From the NCBI GenBank assembly GCA_951406725.2, contig OX597814.1, positions 154,814,001 through 154,878,000 on the forward strand: a stretch of 64,000 nt of DNA, read 5' to 3'. Below, piece after piece: positions 1 to 11,866 of this stretch (the first letter of the stretch is position 1; every line of letters begins with the position of its first letter). A program made the position numbers and the translations under genes. Source of the DNA: Octopus vulgaris. Lineage: Eukaryota. The notes under the pieces are model-generated. The model saw nothing but the letters and a program-made list of their open reading frames with translations, was not told the DNA's origin and made no database searches.

Positions 1-1271
1 CATACACACATACACAAATAGACACACACTCACACACACACACATACGCATATATATATACTCACATACATATCTGTGCAAATAAATATTTTAATATTTT
101 ATTGAAGATCGTTGACCGGGCGCAAACGGAATGTTTTTATATTAAAGCTTAGTGAGAACTTTATATCATTTACACTCAAGCTTACTTCTCAAATTGCAGG
201 GGGAAACGTAACTAATCCATGCAATGTAGGTATTTTTTTGCATGTAGCATTTCTACATGAAAAGTATGGGGCCACAGCAATTCGAACTGGCTAAATAGCA
301 GATATGTTAAATTAAGCAGAAATTGCCACATTTAAAGTTTGGTGTTAGCGATGCATACATTTAAGTTTTTGTGGTAGAATATTAATTTTTGTAGACATGT
401 GCATGATTGTGATTTATAATATTTTGAACACAATAGATTTTATATAAATAGAGAAAAATATATATAAGATATAGAATAATAACACAAAAAAAAGGAAAAA
501 AAAAGAATTAAATCAAATTATCCAGAACAAAACCCAGTCTGGAAATTTGATATTAGAAATAAGTTTAAAATATGGCGAATCTGTCACTTCTTAACTCCGC
601 ATTTCCGTTTCCAGTTGCAAGCTGTTTTAATTTATAATACGATTAACAGCCTAATTAGTTGCTGTTTGCAAAATTCAAACTTCACGTGTACTGTTTGTTC
701 ATAATGGAAATCATACATTAATTTCCCGCTGTGGTTTTATATTAATTTTCCTCATTATATTAATGTCGTTATTATCTTGCTACATGGTCTGGCTAATGCC
801 TTGGTGTAGAGCCGGAGTCCCACCGGGTCGATTCCGTGTTCGAGTCTTTATTCATGACTGTTATTATTAAACTTCAATTTGCTTACGTCTCTCTAACGCT
901 CTCCCGAAAGGCATGTACAACTAATCTGCCGCATTTCGCATTCATATGACTATTAATTTTAACTGAATATTAGTAACTAGTGTAGTACCTGTCAAAAATG
1001 GCGGGGTTTATTTGTCAAAGGAATGAATTGTGCTTCCGCCGAGGTCGACTTCGCCTTTCATCCTTTCGGGGTCGATAAATTAAGTACCAGTTACGCACTG
1101 GGGTCAATGTAATCGACTTAATACCTATGTCTGTCCTTGTTTGTCCCCTCTATGTTTAGCCCCTTGTGGATAATAAAGAAATAACTATAATGTATGTCAG
1201 AGAATGAGATAGGGATAGTACCATTGGTTTATATAAAGTGCGATAAAGACAGATCTAAGCTGATTTTTGAA

Positions 1272-1509
1272 GAATTTGTCTGACAAATCTATAGTTTTCT
1301 ATCGAGCGTTGTATCTCACCGTTCTGTTATGGACCGCTGATCCTCTGTGCCCATGCTTAAAACCAATCCCTGAAGAATTACTTGGATGAAAGACAAATTT
1401 CTGATTGGGTAGCACGCCATTCTATCACAAGTGACTTTTACCACGAGAAAAATAAAACGCGGCATTAATAACCAATAAGTTGTTTGTCATTTTATAATGC
1501 AACCACAGT

Positions 1510-1594
<85 letters not shown>

Positions 1595-1650
1595 TGAGAG
1601 AAAACATAGCTGCCAATGTGTAAATAGAAGGTTGCACACTGAGTACTTTA

Positions 1651-1736
<86 letters not shown>

Positions 1737-2817
1737 TTGCGTGTGTGTATGTGTGTGTCTGTGTCCGTTTAACTATCTGTCTACCTATAGATTGATCGAT
1801 CGGTCAATGTATCACATTCATATACTCCGTCATTATCTTACCTTTTTATTCGTTCACTGTCTCCCTCCTATTTTCTTTCTACGCCTATTTGTCTGTCTAT
1901 CTGCCTGTCTGCCTGCCTATCTGTCTGCCAGTCCTAATATATCTTACATATTGAAGTTTATCTTGTTAGCTGCTATTGTGGGAGTAAGTAATTGGTAATC
2001 TTCGTTCAATCATCAACTTGAATGCTTGTCAATTTCACTTCATCATCAGATCTTTTTGGTATAAGATCTTATGCATATGTACATATAAATATATGTAGAT
2101 ATGTATGCTTATATGCAAATATATGAGTGTATTTATGTATGCGTATAATATATGTATGTATGTAGGTGTCTGTCATTCACACAGTGTCAAAGAACCAACA
2201 AAAATGTTACATAAGTTATTACATACTGTGGTTATTATTATTATAATGAGTCAGGTCTAAAATCGGTGTAGACTGTTGTTTAAAGTCATTCCATTTCACT
2301 TATGTAGTTGATATGTCAGCAAGTGTATGTATATTGCAAAATTCTATTGGATTGACGATAAGTTCGTTTTTTTTTCTTATTTATTTTAATCATATCCAAT
2401 GCTATTCGAATTAATACGAAAAATATTTTTACTGTTGCGTCTTATGCTTTTTTTTTATTGTAGCTCTAGTTTTCCTCTCCAATTTTTATTTATCTTCTAG
2501 AAATTTAAATAAATTTTACCACTTTTCGAATAAATGATGGTTGAGTGCCAAGTAGTGGGAGCTGCGGAGAAACCGGACGAATTTGTCTGACAAACCTATA
2601 GTTTTCTATTAAGCGTTGTTTCCCACCGTTCTGTTACAGACCGCTGATCCTCTGTGCCCATGCTTAAAACCGATCCCTGAAGAATTATTTGGATGAAAGA
2701 CAAATATCTGACTGGGTTGCACGCCATTCTATCACAAGTAACTTTTACCACGAGAAAAATAAAATCCGGCATTAAAAATCAATAAGATGTTTGCCATGTT
2801 ACAATGCAACCACAGTT
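1272..2817 (+). repeat. ~240-bp diverged direct repeat (1272-1509 and 2579-2817)
   Basis: gaatttgtctgacaaa...aatgcaaccacagt is present twice with scattered substitutions. Confidence 0.85.
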
Positions 2818-3107
2818 TAGAGTGGTTTAAGCCATCTTGTAGCGCCTACTCAGAATTAAGTAAACTGAAATGTAAAAATTTAAGAAGGCATGGACATGGA
2901 AAAGTGCTGGTGACATAATAGAAATTGTTGATATTTCTGTTGGCTCTCCATCGACTGTCCTCATTACTACAGTTTTTGAGAACTAATTGGGAATTAAATG
3001 CTAAGACTTTAATGTAATGTAATTGATATTAGGTATTTCAACCACACCACTTTGATATGAAAGACAGCTAAATAACTTATTTATCGAGTACTGAACAATG
3101 GAGTTAC

Positions 3108-3337
3108 CGAATATACTACTGAGCATCTGCAATTCCTTCTTCCCACATTCTGTCTGCTCACATTACTTCAGTCTACTCAACTAAAATGAGAGCAAGCTAG
3201 TGTTGGAACTTATCTTAACTGAGTAGACTGGTACAATTCTAATCCCTTTCATCGGCTATCACATCCACGATGTTCCACTGGATTAAAGATAAGCTGGACG
3301 GAAGTGTGTGTATGTCTGTTCGCGACAACGAAGTCCC
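3108..3337 (-). other. Candidate non-coding exon containing the hairpin
   Basis: Acceptor ttttactaattgttttag| at 3338; donor CG|GTAACT at 3107; stops in all three frames. Confidence 0.35.
3169..3230 (-). ncRNA. Candidate pre-miRNA-like hairpin
   Basis: Minus strand: 22-nt arms pair at 21 of 22 positions (3 G-U) around an 18-nt loop; a lower stem extends to 3162/3237. Not repeated elsewhere in the window as far as seen. Confidence 0.45.
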
Positions 3338-3728
3338 CTAAAACAATTAGTAAAAGCATTTTACATGCAAAGATATCACACTTGTAAATGACGGCTATGG
3401 TGGGTAGTTCTTGAAATTTTAATAAGCAAAACTGAATAAATTCTATAGCGTAGTGGTAATTTTGCAAATCAGGAGTTGTGGATTCCTTACTTTGGTGTGA
3501 AATTTCGCTTGAAGTCACACTTGGAAATATTCGTCAATGAAGGCCTATAAAATCTCATATACTAAGAAAAAGAGGTTATTTCTTAAGACGAAAACAATAA
3601 ATTAGTATACGTTACATACATATGAATTTGTAAATTTAACGATTCATTCTTTTTAATAGAATATATGCACCTCGCCTAGCTCCTAATGAGATTGCAATTC
3701 GCTGAAGGTATTAAAATCATTTCACGTG

Positions 3729-3767
<39 letters not shown>

Positions 3768-3930
3768 TTATCGCCATACTAATATGGCATTCTTATAAAA
3801 ATAAGAATAAAGCTGACCGCGTATTAGCTCGATGAGGCCATCGCCTTAAGTTAGCTATTTGATACACAAACTGTATCCATATAACCTTTGAACAAGGGAG
3901 GTCAGTCGCTCCACACTACTTGGCCGGCAG

Positions 3931-3970
3931 CTACAGACGCGTTTCGGGGTATTGCCACTTTTCAATGCAG
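3931..3970 (-). ncRNA. Minimal type-I hammerhead ribozyme, U3:A8 core variant (copy 1)
   Basis: Minus strand reads CUGCA UUGAAAA GUGG CAAUA CCCC GAAAC GC GUC UGUAG: stems I and II plus palindromic stem III (ACGCGU), GUC cleavage triplet. Confidence 0.65.
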
Positions 3971-4292
3971 TGTAGCCAGACCAGTAGGTGTCGCTTCTGA
4001 CAATCTCTGTTCAAAGGTTTTATTTACCTAGCTTCGGTGGAATACATCCACTTGTTTTCAATAATAGAAATATTAAAATTACTAATTCTCTCTAAAAGAG
4101 AACAACGGCAGCGTTCCCGGAAAATATTAGTTATCGCCATACTAATATGGCATTCTTATAAAAATAAGAATAAAGCTGACCGCTTATTAGCTCCATGAGG
4201 CCATCGCCTTAAGTTAGCTATTTGATACACAAACTGTATCCATATAACCTTTGAACAAGGGAGGTCAGTCGCTCCACACTACTTGGCCGGCA

Positions 4293-4334
4293 GCTACAGA
4301 CGCGTTTCGGGGTATTGCCCATTTTCAATGCAGC
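4293..4334 (-). ncRNA. Minimal type-I hammerhead ribozyme, U3:A8 core variant (copy 2)
   Basis: Minus strand reads GCUGCA UUGAAAA UGGG CAAUA CCCC GAAAC GC GUC UGUAGC; 6-bp stem I. Confidence 0.65.
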
Positions 4335-4548
4335 GTAGCCAGACCAGTAGGTTATATGGATACAGTTTGTGTATCAAATAGCTAACTTAAGGCGATGGCC
4401 TCATGGAGCTAATAAGCGGTCAGCTTTATTCTTATTTTTATAAGAATGCCATATTAGTATGGCGATAACTAATATTTTCCGGGAACGCTGCCGTTGTTCT
4501 CTTTTAGAGAGACTTAGTAATTTTAATATTTCTCTCTCTATATATATA

Positions 4549-5054
4549 TCTATATATATAAAACTCTAGTTGTGTGAGTGTCTGTCCCCTTCGATTTAGA
4601 TTCCTAACTCCTCCCACATTTTGCGGTGTAGTTTAACCAAATTCGGGTATCTTATAGTCGTGATTCATATCGAGCCCGTCTGACTATTAGCGCGCGTCTA
4701 CGATGAGTCTACGATTTTAAAAATAATTTAACATCATTTTTTATTCCATTTTAATGCATAAAATGCATCGTATGTCGATGGCGGCGGAGTTGGCGTCCAC
4801 GCTCACAGCTGCACCTGTTTGCTTCTCCCCCTTCCCTCCCTCGTGAAGCTGTGGGGAAGGGAGTGTAAAGAAATCAACGTCGTAATGCGTTGTCAAGGAA
4901 ACCAGCGTTCTTTTAGAACAACGACTTCATGGCTTGAAGACACCAAAATAAAAATGGCTAAGAAAGCCCGAATTTATAAGGGAAGTAACTCTCTAAAAAT
5001 GCTTATATAGTTATTTCCCTTACAAACCCGAGCAATGCCGGGCGATACTGCTAG
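4549..5054 (+). mobile_element. Non-autonomous Helitron-like element, copy 1
   Basis: Starts TC after A; ends CTAG with a subterminal hairpin CCCG-agcaatgc-CGGG (5027-5042); no TSD. Confidence 0.75.
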
Positions 5055-5466
5055 TCTTTATATATAAAAGAGAAGTTGTGTGTCTGTCTCCTACGATTTA
5101 GATTCCTAACTATTCCCACATTTTGCGGTGCAGTTTAACCAAAACCGGGTATCTTATAGTCGTGATTCATATCGAGCCCTTCTGGGTATTAGCGCGCGTC
5201 TACGATGAGTCTACGGTTTTAAAAATAATTTACCATCATTTTTTTCCATTTTGATGCATTTTTTTAAATATAAGGGAAGTAACTCTCTAAAAATGTCTAC
5301 GATGAGTCAACGATTTAAAAAAAAATTTACCCTCATTTTTTTTCCATTTTTAATGCATTTTTTTGCTAATTTTTGGCTATAACTCTCTAAATATGCTTTA
5401 TAGTTATTTCCCTTACAAACCCGAGCAAACCCTTACAAACCCGAGCAACGCAGGGCGATACTGCTA

Positions 5467-5467
<1 letters not shown>
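5055..5467 (+). mobile_element. Non-autonomous Helitron-like element, copy 2 (head-to-tail)
   Basis: Starts TC directly after the CTAG of copy 1; highly similar ends; ends CTAG followed by T of (TA)n. Confidence 0.75.
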
Positions 5468-5534
<67 letters not shown>

Positions 5535-5742
5535 ATATTAATTATTAGGGAATATTACTTCCGAGTACACAGGAAAGCGACATTCAAGTTAGTTGTATTA
5601 AAATGAACATCTCCCAATGTTTAATTCGTATAAATAAAATAATTTTAGAGACGTTTTTTGGAGTGGTCGGGTATAAAATCTTTCAGTGTTGTTTGAGTTG
5701 AAGGTGGTTTTGTCTCTAAAATTACTTTTATATATATATATA

Positions 5743-5779
<37 letters not shown>

Positions 5780-5929
5780 TTTATCATCATCATCATCATC
5801 ATCATAAAACGGAGAGATCTAATGGATACAAATTAAATTATTTATTAATCAACATATTCACCTACACTTGTTTCATTTCACAAACAAAATTAAAATTGCA
5901 AAACAGATATAAATATATAATTTTGCATT

Positions 5930-6330
5930 TTGAATACCTTGTAAGGAAAATCATCAGGGTGTACAAATGACAATAAGGATTAGATTAGGATACAATTGGA
6001 ATACACAGAATATATAGACATGTTTACTATATATTCCGTGTATTCCAAACGTATCCTAATGTAATCTTTATTGTCCTTTGTACACACTGATTATTCTTCT
6101 TACAAGCTATTTAAAGTTTTATATAGTCTAATAAAGGGGCATATAAGCCCTCGACAAAAAAAGGGGGGGAAGGCTTTCCTATCCGTGTGGAAGTCGAACC
6201 CGCAGATAGGAACGCCTTCTTTTTTCTGTCGAGGGCTTATATGCTCCTTTATCAGACTATTTTCCTAAGTCATTGCACGGTGATCGCTATAAGCTTTAAC
6301 CTTATATAAATACCATTATTATTATTTACA
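5930..6330. mobile_element. Fold-back (probably Penelope-like) remnant with two consecutive imperfect hairpins
   Basis: Inverted arms ~5930-6017/6027-6116 and ~6123-6185/6201-6260; 6259-6350 is similar to 63631-63730. Confidence 0.5.
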
Positions 6331-7544
6331 GGGTTGTAAACTCGGCACTATAAATAAATTTAAAAATTTAAAAAAATTTAAATAAATTTAAAAAAAAAAA
6401 CAATCGCAAAGTTATATATTTATGTAGGGTTTGTAATTTGAATTTTGCTTGTGAAATGAAACAGCTGTTGGTGAATATGTTGATAAATTGATAAATTAAT
6501 TTGTATCCATTAGATCTCTCTGTTTTCTAACTCGATAATAATGTTTGATATTTTACGATATTCTGTAAACTATATTCATTGAAGGAATATTTCTTCAAAA
6601 TTTAATATATTAAACCAATGTATCGTGGATAAATATCCCTATAAGAGGTTTAAATATCGTCATTGTTACTCCACCCCCCACACACATTAACACTTTATGA
6701 AATTAATTTACAGAATTTCGAAACAATATTACTAGATGCCTCTATCTATCCGACTTTTAGGTCTGTTTTGGTCAATAGGATACTTTTATTGTTTCATTTT
6801 TAGTTTAAAAAGAATAATACGATTTCGGTTTCTCTTTAAATAAAATCATAGATCACTGCGTATTTGTATCCTACTACGTGATATGTGTAATTTATTTCGT
6901 TATCAGGATTTCTTTCCTTTTCTCGCTTTTATATACTTCCCTTTAATTGCTCATGTTTGAAATTGTGTTTTCGGTCAATTCGAAATCTCTGTGTGGTTTA
7001 GAAGTTCTTTTCGCAATCATAGAGGTTTGGTTTCAATCATACCACTTGGTACACTGAGCAAATATGATCTATAATACCCTTGAATAAAACCAGAACTTGT
7101 GAGTGAAATTTAGGAGTCAGAAACTCTGTGGAAGCTCATTGGTAGGACCGCTTCTAATCTTTCGCCTTGTTTAAAATCACCACCACCTACCACCTGGATG
7201 ATTTTATTCGGGTACACTCTGTTGCCAAGTATGCAAGCTAGATTTCAGATCCTAAGGTAACTTCCTCCCTTCCACCAGTTCCGAAGACTGTTGAGAGAGT
7301 CATGAACACTGCACATTCTCTCGGACTAAGCTTTAAGAAATACGAGCTATCATCTAGTGGTTCGAAATTCTATTGATACCATCAGCCACTCATAGCATAA
7401 GTTATTTCATCACATTTTAACATATTAACGTACATTATTTATATCCTTATGCCATATAGTTCCTGATACGTATGTTGAGGTAAATATCACATCAGCAAAC
7501 TTCATGTAGCGTCTTAGCAATAAAAATATCTATCCTATTTGATT

Positions 7545-7794
7545 CAAAAACAAGAAGTAATGGTTTATTTCGGAGGATTTTAGCGTGGGAATTGTCTGTC
7601 GGAATTTTCGTCAAAAGTATAGAATTCTGTAAAAAGCTGTCGGAAGAAGAGTAGAAACAGGATCATGAACTCGGCCGACATTCCCAACGTGGCGAGATTA
7701 ATGCGGTAAATCTACCTGTCAATGTCAGCAATAGAGTGAACTCCGATGAAATAATAAGTGGTTTGCTAATTAAATGGTAGTAATGACCGGCTAA
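7545..7794 (-). other. Candidate next exon (terminal with AATAAA, or internal 7716-7794)
   Basis: Strong acceptor ccttgttttcttttcag| at 7795; AATAAA at 7564-7569 (minus); alternative donor CAG|GTAGAT at 7715. Confidence 0.4.
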
Positions 7795-8230
7795 CTGAAA
7801 AGAAAACAAGGAATATTTCAGATTCCAGAGAGATGAGTGTGTTACACCTACACACACACGTATGCGTGCACATACAACACACACACACATACACATACAC
7901 ATACACTCACACACACACTCACGAAAGCATTTGAACACACACGCATACACGCACGCACATACACACACAACATACACTCACTAACACAGATACATCTATA
8001 TATTTATAAGAATAGTGTTATAATAATTCGCATGAAATATTGCGGAATATGCAGAGAATCAGTATCTCATAGAAATTGATAGCTATGTGGATAGAACAGA
8101 CAATGAAATATAAAGAAATAACCATTGTCACAAGACTGAAATTTTACATATAATTATTTAATTAGTCCTATTATTTTGAGTTAAAAACTCCTTTTCACAA
8201 GTTTTAAAGAACGTGAGAGAAATAACTTAC

Positions 8231-9066
8231 GTCCAGTTTGTAGCGTGTCGGATCCTTGAGAGTGACATTAGAACCACTGTGCTTATAGGTGTAGAAACTT
8301 GGGTCTGTGTTCCGTGGTTTAAGTGCTAGAATGGATTGACATATGTGAAGAGGAATAAGATGAAGTTGAGGGAGTTATGGTATTCATAGCAGTTTTTGGT
8401 ATTCATTCAATTCAATCTGGTTGCTAATTGCTGGCTGGGTTTTCAAATCACACTAGTTTCTTATACACGCAAGTTGGTGATTTTATTATCAATAGCTGTA
8501 ACGGTAACAAGTGTTTCCTTATCCATATTCCAGCATTTTTGGAGAATTTTTGGAAGATGAAGCACGCGTGTTCTCATGCTTTTGATTCAGTTGTGCAAAG
8601 ACCGAAGCATTGCTGCGATGTGACGATTGCTGAGTTCGGTTCGCTGGATCTGATTTAAGATGTAACTAAGTAGGCAAATATATATGTCACGGATGAGATA
8701 ACTGGCCGGCACGTACAAAGTATAGTCAACTAGAGATATTTTTTCTATAAATCTTTCATTTCCGGGAGGAAGGTCCTGAGGTAGTAGTTGTATCTCAAGC
8801 CTTTTGCTAGGCTGCTTTTGCAGACAGCAGCAGTTATACAAACTGAAGGATGGTGGCTTCTAGAAAGAGAAATCGGAAGAATTCTTCGCTTTGAAATTTG
8901 GGAGCTCAGAAGACGACTGGTTAAGGCAACCGATTTTCTACTGACTTACACTACGCATCGGAATGTGTAGCATGGTTGTAGCAATCTTCCTGTTTCGTTG
9001 CATTGGTACGGCAGATGAGCGTGTTTTCTTGCCTCGAATTTCTACACTTTTCAACAGATGGTAGAC
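8231..9066 (-). other. Candidate exon of a spliced transcript (non-coding or UTR)
   Basis: Repeat-free, balanced-composition block bounded by minus-strand acceptor tcatttcttcgttcgtgatgttag| (9067) and donor AC|GTAAGT (8230); stops in all three frames. Confidence 0.5.
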
Positions 9067-9467
9067 CTAACATCACGAACGAAGAAATGACATGCTGATA
9101 AAATGGATACGTTATTATACTTTGGCTTTGTGTTGAAAAGGATGATTTGTAGCTCGGAAATTATTGAATATTTTTAAGGAAGCATTTCAATATTTAGCCA
9201 TTGCTATCTCCTTCTGTAACACTGTTTTAGAATGTGTGCGTGCGTGTGTGTATATATGTCTGTGTGCATATATATATACATATATATATATGTATATACA
9301 TACATAATTATATATGCATGTATGTATGTACGTATGTAATGGAGAGGATAGTTTGGTTTCCTACAACCAAGACAATTTAAATAAACTGGAGCTAATTCAA
9401 ACACTTATTAAATACTAGCACAATTCTGCTTTGCGTTGCACACATATATATCTATATGTTTGTTTGT

Positions 9468-9520
<53 letters not shown>

Positions 9521-9931
9521 TACATGGTGAAGGAGTTTGTTTCACAACACGAGGTCTTGGATTCGACACCATTGCATGGCATCTTGGGCAAACGTCATTT
9601 TCTATAGCTTCAAGTTGATTCATATTTTGTGAGTGAAATGGGTTGAACTGAAACAGGATTGAAACTCGTCAAATTGATTGAATATGAAATAGAAAAATTT
9701 CAAAGACAGTCAATCTGGTTCGGCCTGGAAATTACTTTAGGCAACTACAGGTTAATGCAGTGAGCAAGTAATCCACTTGATAAAACAACTGAATTCTCGT
9801 ATCGCCCTTCGGAAATCGATGGATGGATGGATGAATGGATCGATCAAGCCATCCATCCGTATATGTCAAATATGTACGCACATTCGCACCTGTAAATATA
9901 TATATTTCTTTGCATACACATATACACGCAT

Positions 9932-10009
<78 letters not shown>

Positions 10010-10037
10010 ACACCCCTGCACACATATCTATCTAACA

Positions 10038-10082
<45 letters not shown>

Positions 10083-10754
10083 AATCATGTATTCCCCCGT
10101 CGTTAGACTACGTGTGGGGGTTCTACAATTTCTTCCTGAACAACCACACAAATCATTTATTTATAGTGATCACGTGTTTGTGTTCGCATAAGCTTACTTT
10201 CTCCACCAAATCGACATTATCTGTACAGGTGCACGACGTGCCACGTGTCAGGTGACGAAATGATCACGGTGTAACGTGAAGCAAAGTGTTTTGTTCAAGA
10301 ACACAATGTAGCGCTCGGTGACCAAACCAGTCATGAGTGCAACACCCTAACCACTAAGCCACGCGCCTTCTCAAACAGACACACGCGTACACACAGATGT
10401 TTAAGAATTTTGCTTCACAACCATAAAGACTCGGATTCAGCCCCGCAATGTGAATTCTTTGGCAAATATTATTTTCTCTTTGTGAATTGCAAATGGGCTG
10501 ATTGAATCTGATTCAATCTCGGATGGAATTTTCCCACCATTCGAAGTTACAGCAGTGACGCAAGCTGTGTCGTACTGAATTACGTCACAGGACACATCAG
10601 AGTTGGATACTCAGCAATATACAAGTTAATGCAATGAGCAGGTAATTGAGCTGGCTGGACAATTGAATACTCATCGTCCAACATCATCCATCCATCCATC
10701 CATCCATCCATTACTACACACACACACACACACACACACATACACACACGCACG

Positions 10755-10821
<67 letters not shown>

Positions 10822-11139
10822 ATACTTGTAGAATGGTATAAATGTACCTACAAGCACATGTAACTATATATTTAGAACATTATATATTTCATTACGCTCA
10901 GATATATGATGCCGGAAAGAGACTACGTGTAAATTGACATGTAATCCTATTACGCAAATTCACTCGCGGCTACATCAATAGATTACAAATAACGAGAAAA
11001 CCAAGATTGATTTATGCAAAATTTCCTATTTGTATGCAGGTTTCAGCAATATAAGAATGACGTAACCACTTTGAAACAATCTGAAATAAGTTCCTGCAGA
11101 AAAAATGTTTAAAATTTTGCTTCTGGTAGCTACGTACGT

Positions 11140-11820
11140 CATTCTTAAAGCAGTAAACCACTGTCATGTCCTCCTGCTGTTATCAAAGAGTATGCATTTC
11201 TCATCACACGTAATGAGTCGATACAAAAATGGTTCTCTTTCCAACCGAGAAATCAGCATGGAACACTGTAAGGCGTCTGTTTCTTTGGATCTCATTAGGT
11301 CGATGGGGAACAAACCTATCCATCTTTTTGACTTTTCCGGTGTTCTTCAAGTGTCGACAAGCAGTTGCGGGAGATGTCTGGAGATCTGATGCGATTTTTC
11401 GGACCGTTGTTCTCGGATTTCGTTTAACCAAAGCATTCAGTTCATCATGCTGAATAACTGATTTTGGTCACCCTCTTGGTTCATTTTTAAGGCTTTCATT
11501 TCCTGAACGAAATCTTTGGAACCATCTCTGAACAGTTCGAATGTCAACAAAATCGTTACCAAAAGCCCGCTTGAGGTTTCGTAGAGCTTCGGCATCAGAA
11601 TATCCCAACTTGTATTCGTACAAGAAAATCCCTTGGTATTGTCCAGTTGTCAACATTGTCATAAGAGCAGTGGGTAGCAATTTTGAATAATAGGATTGTC
11701 TAGAAAGAAAAAGAGTTAATAGTAAACACAAATGTATACATGGAAACCCATTGAAAATCCATTTATAGATAACTCATAAGAAACCCATTTAAAATACATT
11801 TCATGCAAGACAACCTAATA
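11140..11820 (-). mobile_element. mariner transposase pseudogene (5' half) with terminal inverted repeat
   Basis: IFLYEYKLG...RTVQRWFQRFRSGNESLKNEPRG HTH; FVPHRP (WVPHEL-like); DEKCILFDN; TIR-like tattaggttgtc at 11809-11820; disrupted by stops and frameshifts. Confidence 0.9.
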
Positions 11821-11827
11821 TATATAT

Positions 11828-11866
<39 letters not shown>

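Larger units (their letters stand above)
3766..4533 (-). mobile_element. Non-autonomous Penelope-like/retrozyme-like element (tandem + inverted arrangement)
   Basis: 3766-3989 directly repeated at 4129-4352 (period 363); 4349-4533 is an inverted copy of 4066-4250; flanked by (TA)n. Confidence 0.75.

Noticed and set aside
1367-1410. CTGAAGA...GAAA hammerhead-like spacing in the duplicated segment (also ~2675-2715)
   Set aside because: Weak stem II, no valid UH triplet and no stem I.
8428-8970. Protein-coding interpretation of the short ORFs in the 8.2-9.1 kb unique block
   Set aside because: No ORF spans the block on either strand and no domain is recognisable.
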